Positions 50,959-64,000 of a stretch of DNA of 64,000 nt are shown piece after piece. Within the stretch, counting starts at the first letter, position 1. Each line of letters opens with the position of its first letter. The notes under the pieces are model-generated. The model was not told the DNA's origin. It ran no database searches and worked only from the letters and a program-made list of their open reading frames with translations. The DNA comes from Octopus vulgaris (Eukaryota), in contig OX597822.1 of the NCBI GenBank assembly GCA_951406725.2, forward strand, positions 86,056,001 to 86,120,000, written 5' to 3'. Position numbers and translations under genes: made by a program.

Positions 50959-52751
50959 CATGTGAAATGACAGGAAGGGTAAGCCATTTTCCACACAAAA
51001 AGTAAGGAGATTCTGCAAAACACAGCAGAGACAACCAACCAAAGAAAAGCCATAAGACTGAGTAAGACCTGTTGCAAAAGTAGAGAGGAGTCTTTAATCC
51101 TAACGCAAAGAATCCCTTTAGAATTAATGGCACAACAAGATACAATGAGTCTAAGCTTTGAAGTAGTTGCAGTTAAGAGGAATATCCACAGATCAAAAAC
51201 TAAATGTCACAGACAAACACAACTGCAGAGTGGCCGAGTTTATTTTATAATTGTGTTGTGGCAGATGGTGATGAACGACAGTGAGCAACAAGATATTACG
51301 GGAGCCATCTAACCCATGCTGGCATGGAAAAAAATAGACATTAAAATTGGATGATGATGATGATGATGATGATGTTGATATTTGTGACAAATATATATGC
51401 ATACAAACACACACACATGCATAGTTTAATACACATTTACACACAAATGCATACAGAATAGATCTATTAATATTAATAAAAATACATAAAATGCACACTT
51501 CTAGACACACATACATACCACACACATACATAGACAAAGAAATCCATGCCCAAAGACACAAAGAGAAGGAATTGAAACAACCCCCTCCCCCATTAGTATC
51601 TATTGATATAATGTGATAAATATAATTAGACACAATGAAGAATGGTGAAATTCATTGGGATTCACAGACACACATGTCGAGAAGTGAAAAGAACACAGAA
51701 ACACAACAGCTGTTACATACACACATTGGTACTTAACAGGAAAATACACACACACACCATCATCATCATAACACACACACACACACAGAAATAAACCATA
51801 TACACACACACACACACAAATGCACTCTCTCTCTCTCCCTCTCTCTTTCTCTCCCTCTCCCTTTCTCATATTCCAATACAGAGAAACAAACAGAAAGACA
51901 CACTCACACAAAGACAATTAAGAATTAGCATTTACAGAGAAGAACCTGTGAAATGCAGCCCCCACCACCACCACTATACACACACGGACACATACTTACA
52001 CAAACACATACATGCAGAAAAGGAAATCTATTCACATACAGACACAAGTAAGACACTTGTTAAAACAAGCACAAAACTGCATACACTTGTGAAAACATAC
52101 ACACACACTGAAAGATACCTACTACTTTATATTTACATATACACACTAACACAGGCACACATACACACACACACACATTACATATAGAGATATATGTACA
52201 CACACACACACATAAAATGACACACTTGAGAAAATACAGTTTTAAATACAAACAACTGAAAGCGGTTTATTTGCCTAAAATATGGGCCGAAAATTATGAA
52301 AAATAACAGACAGCCTCCCACACATGGGAAAACAACATATTTACACTGACACAGAATAGCTTACAAGGCCACATGTAGCAAATGATGTGATGACATGTAG
52401 CTTAGTGGTTAGGGGATTTGGCTCATAATCATCAAGTCACGAGTTCGATTCCCAGAGATGGACTGTGTCCTTGAGCAAGACGCTTTATTTCATGTTGCTT
52501 CAGTCCACTCAGCTGATAAAATCAAGTTGTACCTGTAATTCATAAGGGGCCAGCCTTGTCACATTCTGTCATGCTGAATCTCCCTGAGAACGATATCAAG
52601 GGCACATGTGTCTGTGGAGTACTCAGCCACTTGCATGTTAATTTGATGAGGAAGCTGTTCTGTTGCTCGAATCAATTGGGATCCTCATCATTGTAACCGA
52701 TGGAGTGCCAGTTTGCCAGTAAATGACACACACACACACATTGCAGAACCT

Positions 52752-52969
52752 TTTATCTTTTACAGGTTTCAGTCATTTCACTCGACTATTCTAGAGCACC
52801 ACCTTGCAGAATGAATCAACCCAAGACTTCTTTTGTAAGAGTGGTACTTATTCTATCAGTCTCTTTTGCCAAACTGCTAAGTTACAGGGACATAAACACA
52901 CCAACACCAATTTTCAAAGCAGTGGTGGGGAACAGACACAAGGACACACACATATATATTATATTATAT

Positions 52970-53012
<43 letters not shown>

Positions 53013-53175
53013 CAGGCTTCTTTCAGTTTCTGTCTAGCAGATCCACTTACAAGGCTTTGGTCAGCCTAAGGCTATATAGTAGAAGACACTTGCCTAAGGT
53101 GCCATGCAGGGGGACTGAACTTGGAATCATTTGGTTGGGAAGTAAACTTCTTACCACACAGCCACCCCTGTGCCT
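52752..53175 (-). mobile_element. SINE family A copy
   Basis: Homologous to 59521-59935, with an internal (TA)n. Confidence 0.85.
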
Positions 53176-55333
53176 ATATACATTAAAATTAAAAAAAAAA
53201 ACTTTATCATATACACATGCCCATACTTGCATGCATAGCTGCATACACACACACACACACACATGCAGAATCAGATTTTCTATGCTAATTAAGTTTGTAA
53301 TTCAAATCTGAAAAATCTTGCAAAGATACAAAAAATAAAATAATTATTTTTTAGAAAAAATATTGTATTTAATGCTTCCAGGATCAATAAATTAAGTACC
53401 AGTTATATACTGGGATTAATTTAACTATGGCAAAGGAAGGACATGCCACCATCAACATCAGTAATATGCCACTGCAGCTGAATAACACTAATAATAGCAA
53501 CAACATCAAATCAACTAAATGAACAACAGATCAATAATATTGATTTCTACTAATAGGCAGAAGGCCTAAAATTTGATAGGGAAGGGGCAAGACAATTACA
53601 TCGACCCTGGTAAGAGACTGGTACTTATTTCATTGACCTCAAAAAGATGAAAGACAAAGTCAACCTCAGTGAAATTAGGTCACCTATGGGGACATGTGCT
53701 ATTGCAGTGCGCTGCTTACATTCACCATTTGTTGGTTTATTCCTGGGTCCTCCACTTGGGTGATCTGTTGATGCAGAGTCCCAGTCAGCCCCTCCTCATC
53801 TGCCACGGCCATGTGGTCAACCAACACAAGCCATCGACCCAACTGGATCTTCATGGCCAGAGAGTCTCAGCTGGCACTCCCTGAATCATACAAGAAACAG
53901 GACACATCTCAGTTTCTGAGTAGAGTCGTTGGTTGGATATGAAATCCACCAATGGTAATCATTAATTACCATTGGTCAGTGTATCTAGGACTACATTATT
54001 TAATAAGACCTTTGGTTTTAAAATAGTAAGCTGAGGGATATTTAACTACTATTTCTTGTGGGTCAGTATTAAGATATAGGAATAGTTTTATTTCAGGCTT
54101 AAAATAGAAAATAGTTTATGCAAATGTGAGAGAAGGGTTGGGTTAAGCAATGAGAATGGAGAGGTTCTTGAGAATATTTAGGAGTTCAGGAAATCCTACA
54201 AAAGCAGGAGGAAAAATAGCAGCCGTGTTTTGAATTGTTGAGAGGCAGAGGGGTGGTCAGTTATTGAAGACAACAAAAGCAACAAAAATAGAACAGGAAA
54301 ACAATAACATTCTTTGAGAGAAAATAACAGGAACTACAATAACAGATGGAGAAAATCTATTTTTAAAAATTGTTGTTATGTCAAAGACAGTTTTGATGAA
54401 ACAAAGCTTATTATCTGTTCTCAATCTCCTCAGTGCTCACAACTTGCTCAAATTGTGCTGCAGCTGTGTCTAGGAGCCAAGGATTCCCAACAGCATTAAT
54501 GTTCTCCTGCTTATATACAGTATCACTATCTTGTGGGCAATCATCTAGTGTACAAACCTTGCTGGCTTTTTTGTCTCTTCAGTCCTAATAGGTATATGCT
54601 TCTATATGCCTTGCCCCTTTCAAAGGAACATTTAACTGGCTACAATTAACAAGGTCTTGCCAAATTCACTAATTTTTTTGTTTTGTTTTGTTTTTTATGT
54701 AATAACATGTCACTTTGCTCTTTGCCCTTTTCTTTGGTAAAATCCTCAAGCAAGGAGGTACTCTCTTTTGTAATGTTCTCCTAGATTTTTTTTGTCTTGC
54801 CTGGAACTGACTCATGTCCATTATTTCTTTTTGGTTTGCAACACAAATCAAAGGTGAATTACTGTTGTTGTTATCATTTGAATACATATTTCCATCGCTT
54901 ATTTTCTTTCGTTTCTCAAATTGTGACTGTGCATATAATTATGCAATTATGCCTGTTCTTTTTTTTTTTTGTCATCTGTGTGTGTTTGTAGAAACTTAGG
55001 TGGGTGAGTACTCATTACTACTGACATTATGTCTATCACCACACTAACACATGTCTGATCTAACTTTTCTTTTCAGGTATATTCTGCAGGCAACTGAGGC
55101 TAACAGACAAAATGGCGAAAGATTAGAACTAGTGAAACATCCTTTATTCTCCAACATTAAACAACAAACTGAAGGGTAAGCTTCTATGTGATCATCAGAC
55201 TTGCTAGAAATAGTAGTCAAATTTCCCTCAAAATACACTCCACTGTCTTTTAAAATAAAGAACACATTGCATAATATGCTATCTGAAAACATGGAGATGA
55301 GACAGGAATGGTTTTGACCAGAAGTCTGTTTAG

Positions 55334-55550
55334 CTCTTTCGTTACCAACCCGGCTGAAACCGGCTCTGGCTCTCAGTACAAATGTCTTGTTTTCAAAAGT
55401 TCTGAATTAATATCTTCCACCAAACCTTAGTCACAATTTATGTTCTTAACACAAGCTGAATAACTAAGTTATTTTACTAAATCCTTTGTTATATTTAAAG
55501 TAACTGAAAGAAACACAGAGCATCTCAAAATAAATACAGTAACGAAAGGG
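55334..55550. mobile_element. Second copy of the piggyBac-type MITE
   Basis: ttag-ctctttcgttac...gtaacgaaaggg-TTAA. The internal sequence is nearly identical to 48052-48271. Confidence 0.9.
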
Positions 55551-57039
55551 TTAATAAGAGATGACATGAGGATATACAACAACATTATAACAAAAAAGCT
55601 ACTGACAAGTATTTGGGATACAGAAATAAAGTTATTTGATAACTGGTTCTCCATTGGTTACAATGATGAGGGTTCTAATTGATCTAATAGAACAGCCTGA
55701 AATTAATGTGCAAGTGGCCGAGCACTCCCCAGACATGCATACCCTTAACACAGTCCTTAGGGAGATTCAGCATGACACAGAACGTGACAGGGTTGGCCTG
55801 TTTTGAATTACAGGTGCAACTCATTTTTGCCAGCTGAGTGGACTGGAGTAATGTGGAATAAAGCGTTTTGATTGAAGACACAACACACTGCCAGGAATTG
55901 AACTCCTGACTTTATGATTATGAGTTGAATACTCTAACTGCTAAGCCATGCACACACACACACACACACACATGTATGTACACATAAACCTGCTGGCATT
56001 CTTTCTGCCATATCTGCTTAATGACTTTGTCTCATTTTTATAAGTTAATATTGTTAATAATGATTAACATGTGTATAAATTTGCTGTTTTACATGCAAAT
56101 AAGTAACCTGCTGAAACTCTAATAAAAACATACTCTAGCGAATGTACCATTCTCTTGCCTCAGACCAGATATTAGAAACCCACAATGCATTGCAAAGCTG
56201 AGAGACTGTAAGCTGAACTTCCACATGTTTCACGAAAAACTTTGCTTTTTTGGCTAAGTTAGTAGATTACTTATGCTGTTATTGTATTTTGGACAACCTC
56301 ACATTTTATATTTCAAGTCAAAACAAATGAACAGTTAATTTTCCCTTTGGTCTTGCAAACCCTGTATTAAATTGCTGGCCTCCTCTTATAAATTCAGATG
56401 AAACAAAACTATTTTGCACTAACCATATCAACCATTCTCTATCTAGTCTTGTAGCCTAAGATCAACTGTAATCAAGTGAGACCAATGGTTAAAGACATTC
56501 CAACCATGACATGGTATATCTTGGACTACACCATTCAATGTGTTCTTTTTTATAGGGTTAGGTGAGATTTGTGAGAGATTTGGTTGCTATCTTTAGCAGG
56601 GCAAATAACTGCATAAAGGCTTCCTCAGTTCATTTTCCTATCTGTTATAATGGTAAGATGTTTAAGAAAGATATGGCCGAGCAAAAGTAAATCATTTCTT
56701 TTGGCGCCACAGCCAAATCCTCTACAACCACATCTGCAATAATACAAAAATAGATGAAATGACAAGACCGGTTCTATTTGCCATTTTGTATCTCATACAA
56801 TACAAACAGTGGAATATCAGGCTCCCACAGTGCCAAACCTACAGACTTTTCTGAATATTAAATCAGATACTTCCATGCCATTAAATCTCTTCAAACAGAA
56901 CCATTCGAGAATACCAACAGCCATAACAACAACAACAACAAAAAAAACAATTTGGTTTCCCCTTTTTGTTGTTTTTGGTTAAAAAGAAGCCCTAACAACT
57001 TTTTAATGGATATGCTTACTTGAGGGTTTCACGTGTGTC

Positions 57040-58070
57040 TTATTCTATGGATGTAGAAGCTTTTTGTCACATCACATCATTGCTACATGAACAGACGAGG
57101 TTCTCTCAGACCACATTCTATCAACTCTGACATACTTTTCCTTCCAACTGACTCAACTTCAACATTAACAACACTGCTATGCACCACACTTCCTTCTTCC
57201 TGAATCTTCCACATACTGGCATCAACACTTTACAGCAAACACAAACTAATTCTATGAACAGGGACAGCAAAAACTGTGCACACCAAGTAACTATTTCTCT
57301 GCTTCAGTTTCTCTAGTTTTGGACAACACACAATTCTAAAATGCTACATTTGACCATTTCTGATGAGTTCTCCTGGACAGCTCACATTCATAATGCTGCA
57401 AAAACTGCAGCCCAAAGACTGCCCCGCCCCTTCAATACTTAACTTTTCAGTTCCAAACAGTTAAAGTTCAGGTAGGACTCACAACGGAGTCAGAGCCCTC
57501 TTAACAGCATTAGAGGCTCCTGGGACCAAACCACTGCACTGGACCCTATTGTATTTATTGACAGCAAACCACAACATACATAGACCAGAATTGGGCTTCT
57601 AGACCCACAAAGGCCCCAGTAATTTCCAAGTGTGCCCATACCTTAAGATAGTGCTGAATGGAACACTGCCCTGATATCTTGGATGCTGCTACACCTACTA
57701 AATACACACAAGCACCCCCAAAACAATATTCATAAGAAAGCTATGTGACTACTTTACAAAAATCTCACCAATGTACAGATACGCTGTGTCTCCTCTTTGT
57801 CTATTCTACTGCTACTACAACAGATTTTGCTCCTCCTCAGAGCTAATTAGTTACATATCACTACCACCACCCTTACTATCACCTGACACAATTCTTCTCA
57901 TCCCTAAACTCATTCTTCCCCTTAATGTCCAATCCTCTGGAATCCCCTTTCTGTTAGAGTTTTTCTTGCAGATGCTCAAACTGAACATCAACCATTTCAA
58001 TGTGATTAGTTTTGGAAGACCTGAGGAGTTTCTATACACAGCAGGTTTTCTCCCTCCCAGCTAAACCTTT
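57040..58070 (+). mobile_element. Jockey/CR1-group LINE RT 3' remnant (highly decayed)
   Basis: AKTAAQRL, EHCPDILDAA (from EYCSHIW.AA) and VSPLCLFYCYYNRFCSSSEL. Confidence 0.6.
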
Positions 58071-59519
58071 GAAAAATATGAATCATTACCATTATTATCA
58101 TTTAACATCCATTTTCCATGCTAGCATGGTTTGAATGATTTGACAAGAGATGACCAGTTGGAGACCTGCACCAGACTTCAATTATCTGTTTTAGACTGGT
58201 TCCTATGGTTGGATGCCCTTCCCAATGCCAACCACTTTACAGAGAAATTGTTGGATAGCCCTGTTGATTGACAAAATTTAACATTAACATAGTTTTAAAT
58301 GGTTTTTAACATTAAAATGATGGAGGTTGTGATCTTGTAAAAACTATAGTCTTGCAATAATTAGCTTCATACCTCTATGTCCTAAGTTCAAATTCTACTG
58401 AAATCAACTTAGCTTTTCACTCCTCAGAGGTTAATAAAATAAGAACTTTACTGGGACGCTGTAGCATTGTGACAAACAGATCAATATTAAGATATCAACC
58501 TGAAACATTTTGAAGAGTCTTTCTTGAGGTTCTGCTATGGAAGACCAAAAAAATGCTTTTAGTTTTGTTTCTTGACAAAACATGACAATAGTTATTATGA
58601 CCTGAACAATAACAACAGCAGCAGTAGTGGTTTGTTTTTGGTAAGGAAGGTGGTAATTGTAGGTTAATTGGCTGAACTAATCTGGAGGCATGTTGGTCAA
58701 CTTTCCTACTTGAAAACATGACAGAAGAGCCTGGAGAGAAAGAGGGAGAAAGGGAGGATGAAAGAAGACAGACAGAGCAAAGAGTCAAATGCCAGTGTTT
58801 ATGGTTGTAAAAAGGAAGGAAGTACTACACAGGGTCTCGTAGTGTGATAAGCGGTGTGCACATACATAGATAAAAGGAATGTTTTCTCTTTGTTGGTTGG
58901 AACATTAAAATCTGTGACAACTTACTATTCTACTTTCAAGGAAAAGAGAGGATTTGATCTTGGCACAATAAGCTACTAAATTATGCTTTATTTCTCAGTT
59001 ATTTCAACAATAAACTACTAAATCTCTCTCTCTCTCTCTGTAGGAGGCATACTTTAGTGCCTTTCCTCTATAACACAAATGCAAGCAACTGTACTAATTC
59101 CATGAAAACCAAAATTTGGACACAAAATTCATACAAAATGCTGCTATTTCCTTTCAGAGACATTGGAGTATTTATGAATGTCCAAAAAAGTTGAAGAGAT
59201 TCACTGAAGTAAGGTATTGAATAAACTAATGAGATGTAATTATAATTCCTATTTAGTTTAATAAAACAAATAAAATTTTTTTCTGCAGCTTAGAGCTGTT
59301 GCCTTTCTTCTTGTAATTAACTCACAAATAAAAAAAAGTTTTCATGCTGCTTTCTTCAAAAACTTCGAGTTTTACCAATTTCACAATTCTTCTGTTGTCA
59401 ACAACAATATCTGAAAGATTTGTTTTGAAAAGAAAGAGTTAAAAATACCGCCAGACACCAGTGACTGAGTGAATAAGAACATTATCACCATTAGTTTAGA
59501 AAAAAAGGTTCAGAGTATA

Positions 59520-59935
59520 GGTGCAGGAGTGGCTGTGTGGGAAGTAGCTTGTTTACCAACCACATGGTTCCGGGTTCAGTCCCACTGCGTGGCACCTTGG
59601 GCAAGTGTCTTCTACTATAGCCTCGGGCCGACCAAAGCCTTGTGAATGGATTTGGTAGACGGAAACTGAAAGAAGCCCGTCGTATATATGTATATATATG
59701 TATGTGTGTGTGTTTGTGTGTCTGTGTTTGTCCCCCTAGCATTGCTTGACAACCGATGCTGGTGTATTTATGTCCCCGTCACTTAGCGGTTTGGCAAAAG
59801 AGACCGATAGAATAAGTACTGGGCTTACAAAGAATAAATCCCAGGGTCGAGTTGCTCGATTAAAAGGCGGTGCTCCAGCATGCCGCAGTCAAATGACTGA
59901 AACAAGTAAAAGAGTAAAAGAGTAAAGAGAGAGAG
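59520..59935 (+). mobile_element. SINE family A, full-length young-looking copy
   Basis: Complete head with A/B boxes, short unexpanded internal TA/TG, CpGs retained and a (gagtaaaa)n tail. Confidence 0.92.
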
Positions 59936-60059
59936 TTTAAAACCAATTTGGGAACAAGCAGATATTGAGGAATAAGGCACCTACTTGAAAATCAGGGATC
60001 AAACTGGTGGAAATTTAGCATCACCATATTGTAAAAAGTTTCAAATCTAAAGATGAAGT

Positions 60060-60960
60060 TAATGCAGCTTGAACAAAATTCTCCTCCATCCCTACAGACT
60101 TTAGCCAAGACCGCAAATCATTTAAGAGACTCATCGGATGCTTCCATACATTGCTTGTAAATTCTTCCAACACTCGGACAGCAGCAGATGCTTTTCTTGA
60201 ATGACTGGAATTAACCCCTATCTTTTGCCAAAATTTTTAATCCTTCTCTCTCTACAGGGATACATCCTGATCATTGGAAACACACAACATTGCAACCCAT
60301 TTTCAAAAAGGGACAGTCGTTCCACCCCCACCCCACCCCAGTCTCAACATCTGATCACACTCACTTTTAATACATCAAAGATGATGGCAACAATGTCATT
60401 AACAAGTTTCATCTGCAACAGTTCCAGTCTCTATCCTTCCATGACCACCACTATGGTTTTGAAAAGCCAGATCAACTGGAGACCTTCTCACCAGGCTGCC
60501 TTCAATCATGAGAAATTTCGTGAAAAGTGTTGATACCCTATTTTTAGCAAGTTATTTGACCAGGTCTAACATAAAAATCTTCTGGCAAAACTACTCACTT
60601 CATAGACTTCATAGACTAATCACAATGTCTTATACCTGACTGGCACTAACTCCAAGACCAGACCCAAATATACATTGCTTAATAAAGAAATAAACATTCT
60701 CCAATGCCCTAATGCCAATCTTGTTCCTTTCAACACCACGAAGATACAATCTCTATACGTATCAAGAAAACAGGGTGTAATTATAATGTTTGGGGTCACT
60801 ACAGCTGCTAGACCTTAGCATCACTGAAGATCTGCCCCAGGGAATGCTCATTCATAACCCAGCCAAAATTGCATCACAAAGACTGGTTTTCAGAACCAGA
60901 AAATACTTCAACCTACAACTAATTACACTTTTCTGAACTTGAGACCCACCATATTCCTCC
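60060..60960 (+). mobile_element. Jockey/CR1-group LINE RT remnant
   Basis: TGINPYLL (from PDGI), PIFKKG, YGF..ARSTGD and FDQV*HKNLLAKL. Confidence 0.65.
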
Positions 60961-63052
60961 AATACCTGAGACAGTGTTGGTGCGCACACACACATCTAAA
61001 TAAAGGCCACTCAGTCCCTCATTTGTTTCTCCTCTCATCTTCAAACATTTTGTGTCTTCCCTTTCTTATGCTTTGTACGAACTACTGTATCCTGTCTTTC
61101 TTCTATTGATCCCACCACCACCTTCTTCCAGACCAATCAAAAACATGCTAAAAAAACACAATGTATTGCATGATATATTGAACCCTTGTTCAGAAAGAAA
61201 GGATCTAGAGTATGGGAATTCACGTCCAGTGTTCATATTAGTTTCAAATTTTGGCTCAAAGGCAACTATTTCTGAGAGACAGGGCTGGTCAATAACATCA
61301 ACCCCAGTATACAACTGGTACTTATTTTATCGACCCCCAAAAGGATGAAAGGCAAAGATGACCTCAGCGGTATTTGAACTCAGAACGTAAAGACAGATGA
61401 AATACGGCAAAGGATTCTACCAGCTCACCGCTTCCTGTTGGCATAATGTTAAATAGAAAGGGAAAAGCTGCTTGTTGGGAGATATTCTGGTCTATCATTG
61501 ATAGGTTTTCCTACAGAAAGGATTAAACTCAGTACAACAAGTTAATTAAATAATTCATTATCATCATCATCATTGTTTAATGTCCATTTTCCATGCTAGT
61601 ATGAGCTGGACAGTTTGACTGAGGACTGGCAAGCCAGGAGGCTGCACCAGGCTCTGCCCTTCCCAACATCAACCACTCCGAGAGTTTAGTGGGTGCTTTT
61701 TATGTGCTACTGGCATCAACCACGTTCAGATGGTGCTTTTATGCGCCACAGGCATGGGAGCCAGCTGGGGGGAGGGCACTGGTATCAACCCTGTTTGGAT
61801 GGTGCTTTTTACATGCCACTGGCACAGGAAACTAATTAAATAATTATGGAGAAGTAATTACCAGCATCCCAAATTTAATACTGTATTATTAGGATAGACA
61901 TTGTGAAACACTTTCTTGATTGTCCACCCTGCCTTTCATGATTGCATCATTGAATATACATAAATATATAGGATGGTGGTAAAGGGAACTAAGATAGGAC
62001 AGGGGTGCTATAGTAAATGTATTACAGAATTTCCCTTCATCACTCAAGGTTATGAGTTCAAAACCCATCAGAGTGTGTTCTTAAAATTTTATCTAAGATC
62101 GATTAGCCATCACACTGTGAAATTAAATTCCATGATTATTCCAATCAAGATGTCAAATATTTACCAGAAAATAGAATTTGTATTTTATGCAAGTCATACT
62201 ACTTCAATAAACTTCAATAAATCTTAGCAAAAAATTGTTTCATATTTGACATTCCGCAACGAAAGACAAACTGATATATAAAACTGCTTTCTACAGAGAA
62301 GGATAATGAGATTTTGAGTGGATGTCCCTGATTTGCACAGTAAAAGGATTAGAAAGGGACCAGTAACAAGCTGTGAACTTGAGACACTTCTCTACAAAAA
62401 ATATGACATTCATTCTCTGAAGAACAAATAAGAAAATATGGCCATGGTTGGAATGCCTTTAATCAAGCAAAAATTCTAACCTTTTACTTAGTTACACCTG
62501 ACTTTGGCCTAAACAACAAGGAATGGTGTTGCGTCAATGTCAGAAGTAAATAAGCAATTCTAGCGAATGGAAGGCTTTATTGAATTCATGAAGGCAAACC
62601 TACACCTCATCAGTTTAACTGACTGCAATTATAAACATATTTAATCATATATTTACAAGTTGCCAGCAACCTAAACAGATCACAACCTATTAGAAAAGGG
62701 CTCTAATTTATTAAGTCTGAAAGCCTTATTCTAAAGACTCACTCATCAACAGTGGTAGCATACAGCATTAAATTATTCGCAAAGATTGGGGCAACATTTT
62801 AAGAAATTACCCTTTAGGAACAAAAATATTAATGGGATTCTAGCTTCAGATAACAACAGAATCAGAAATGGTGAGTGAATCAGACAAAGCATTCATGGAG
62901 GAGAATGGTGCAGACCATGTGATCAAGCAGTGGTGCATTGTGTCCATTGTTTAGAAACAAAGGATCTGAATGGTAGTGTGACTCATGAATCAGTTAATAG
63001 CAAAGGGTTAGTAACAACTAGATAAGTCGGGGTCATAAACACCAGATACACA

Positions 63053-63089
<37 letters not shown>

Positions 63090-63692
63090 ATATATATTAA
63101 ACACACACGCATATATACACCACAGATATCTTTTACATATCGTGTATAGCTGTGCTCTCTCTCTCTCTCTCTTTCATATATATATATATATATATATTAT
63201 ATGGCACAGACATCTCTCATATCACACAGACTATATTAACAGCCAAGTGGTCAAAGCATGGCTGTCATTAAAACATTCCCTTTGCAATCATGTGGTTTCA
63301 GGTTCAGTCCCACTGCATGATACCATGGCCAAGTGTCTTCTATCAGGTCATCCCATAAGTTCTGTCTGAATTTTGAATAAAGAAAACAAGTGATCAAATG
63401 TTATATTTAATTGAAATTTAATCAATGTACATTCCCTGATTATCTATGACTTCCTTCCATCTATTTACAAGCTTTTTAATTCCATCAATGTAAAACTGAC
63501 TGATGAAAACATTTAGTATACTTCATGGTATATTGTGTTTGCACAACAAAGTACCATGTACCTACAAATCTGTAACCTTGTAAAGTGTTTGGCCTAAGGA
63601 AGGGCATTCAACCATAGAAACTAAACGAAAGCAGACATTGAAACATGATGCAGTCCTTGGACTTATCAGATCCTTTCAAACTGTCCAACCGA

Positions 63693-64000
63693 TGTCTCAA
63701 AGCGAAGAACTCTGAAATGTCAGTTTCGACCTCCTCCTGGCTTGCGAAAATTATGTCCCCCAAATGATTCTGTAAACTACAAAACAAATGGTAGTCTGAA
63801 GGAGCAAGGTCGGGAGAAAAAGATGGATGAAGAATTTTTTTCCAATCAAGCTCTTCAATCTTCTGTGATGTGATCTTTGCAGTATGGAGTTGCGCATTGT
63901 CCTGATGAAACATCACTCTTTTTCAATTCAATAAAGCGGGTCTTTTTTTCTGCAAAGCTTGGTTCAAACGTTCTAATTACTGACAGTAGACTTGAGCATT
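63693..64000 (-). mobile_element. Mariner transposase catalytic-domain remnant, running off the window end
   Basis: FHQDNAQLHTAKITSQKIEELDWKKILHPSFSPDLAPSDYHLFCSLQNHL is the DD34D region. Confidence 0.88.

Overview
This is AT-rich, microsatellite- and SINE-dense eukaryotic genomic DNA. The repeat families look like those of an octopus or other coleoid cephalopod, which is an inference from recognition. Two spliced genes lie tail-to-tail. (1) On the + strand is a complete 4-coding-exon gene (5818-11222, 355 aa) for a secreted signal peptide-PAN/apple-EGF-fibrinogen C-terminal (FReD) protein. (2) On the - strand are the last four coding exons of an M-Ras (MRAS/R-Ras3) GTPase (37494-30794, ending in CAAX CTIL). 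Its P-loop exon was not found and probably lies beyond the window. The rest is decayed mariner/Tc1, RTE, CR1/L2-like and L1/Tx1 fragments, several SINE families, a TTAA piggyBac-type MITE and simple repeats. Nearly all ORFs in the supplied track are microsatellite or repeat noise. The most notable unannotated signal is about a dozen short non-coding elements carrying minimal type I hammerhead-ribozyme motifs, one with the compensatory U3-A8 core. Their 3' ends mostly abut (TA)n/(TG)n arrays, in two cases as converging pairs, which is consistent with Penelope-like (PLE) pseudo-LTR or retrozyme-like elements. An RTE LINE also shows a clean 5' inversion of the twin-priming type. All calls were made by eye, with no database searches.
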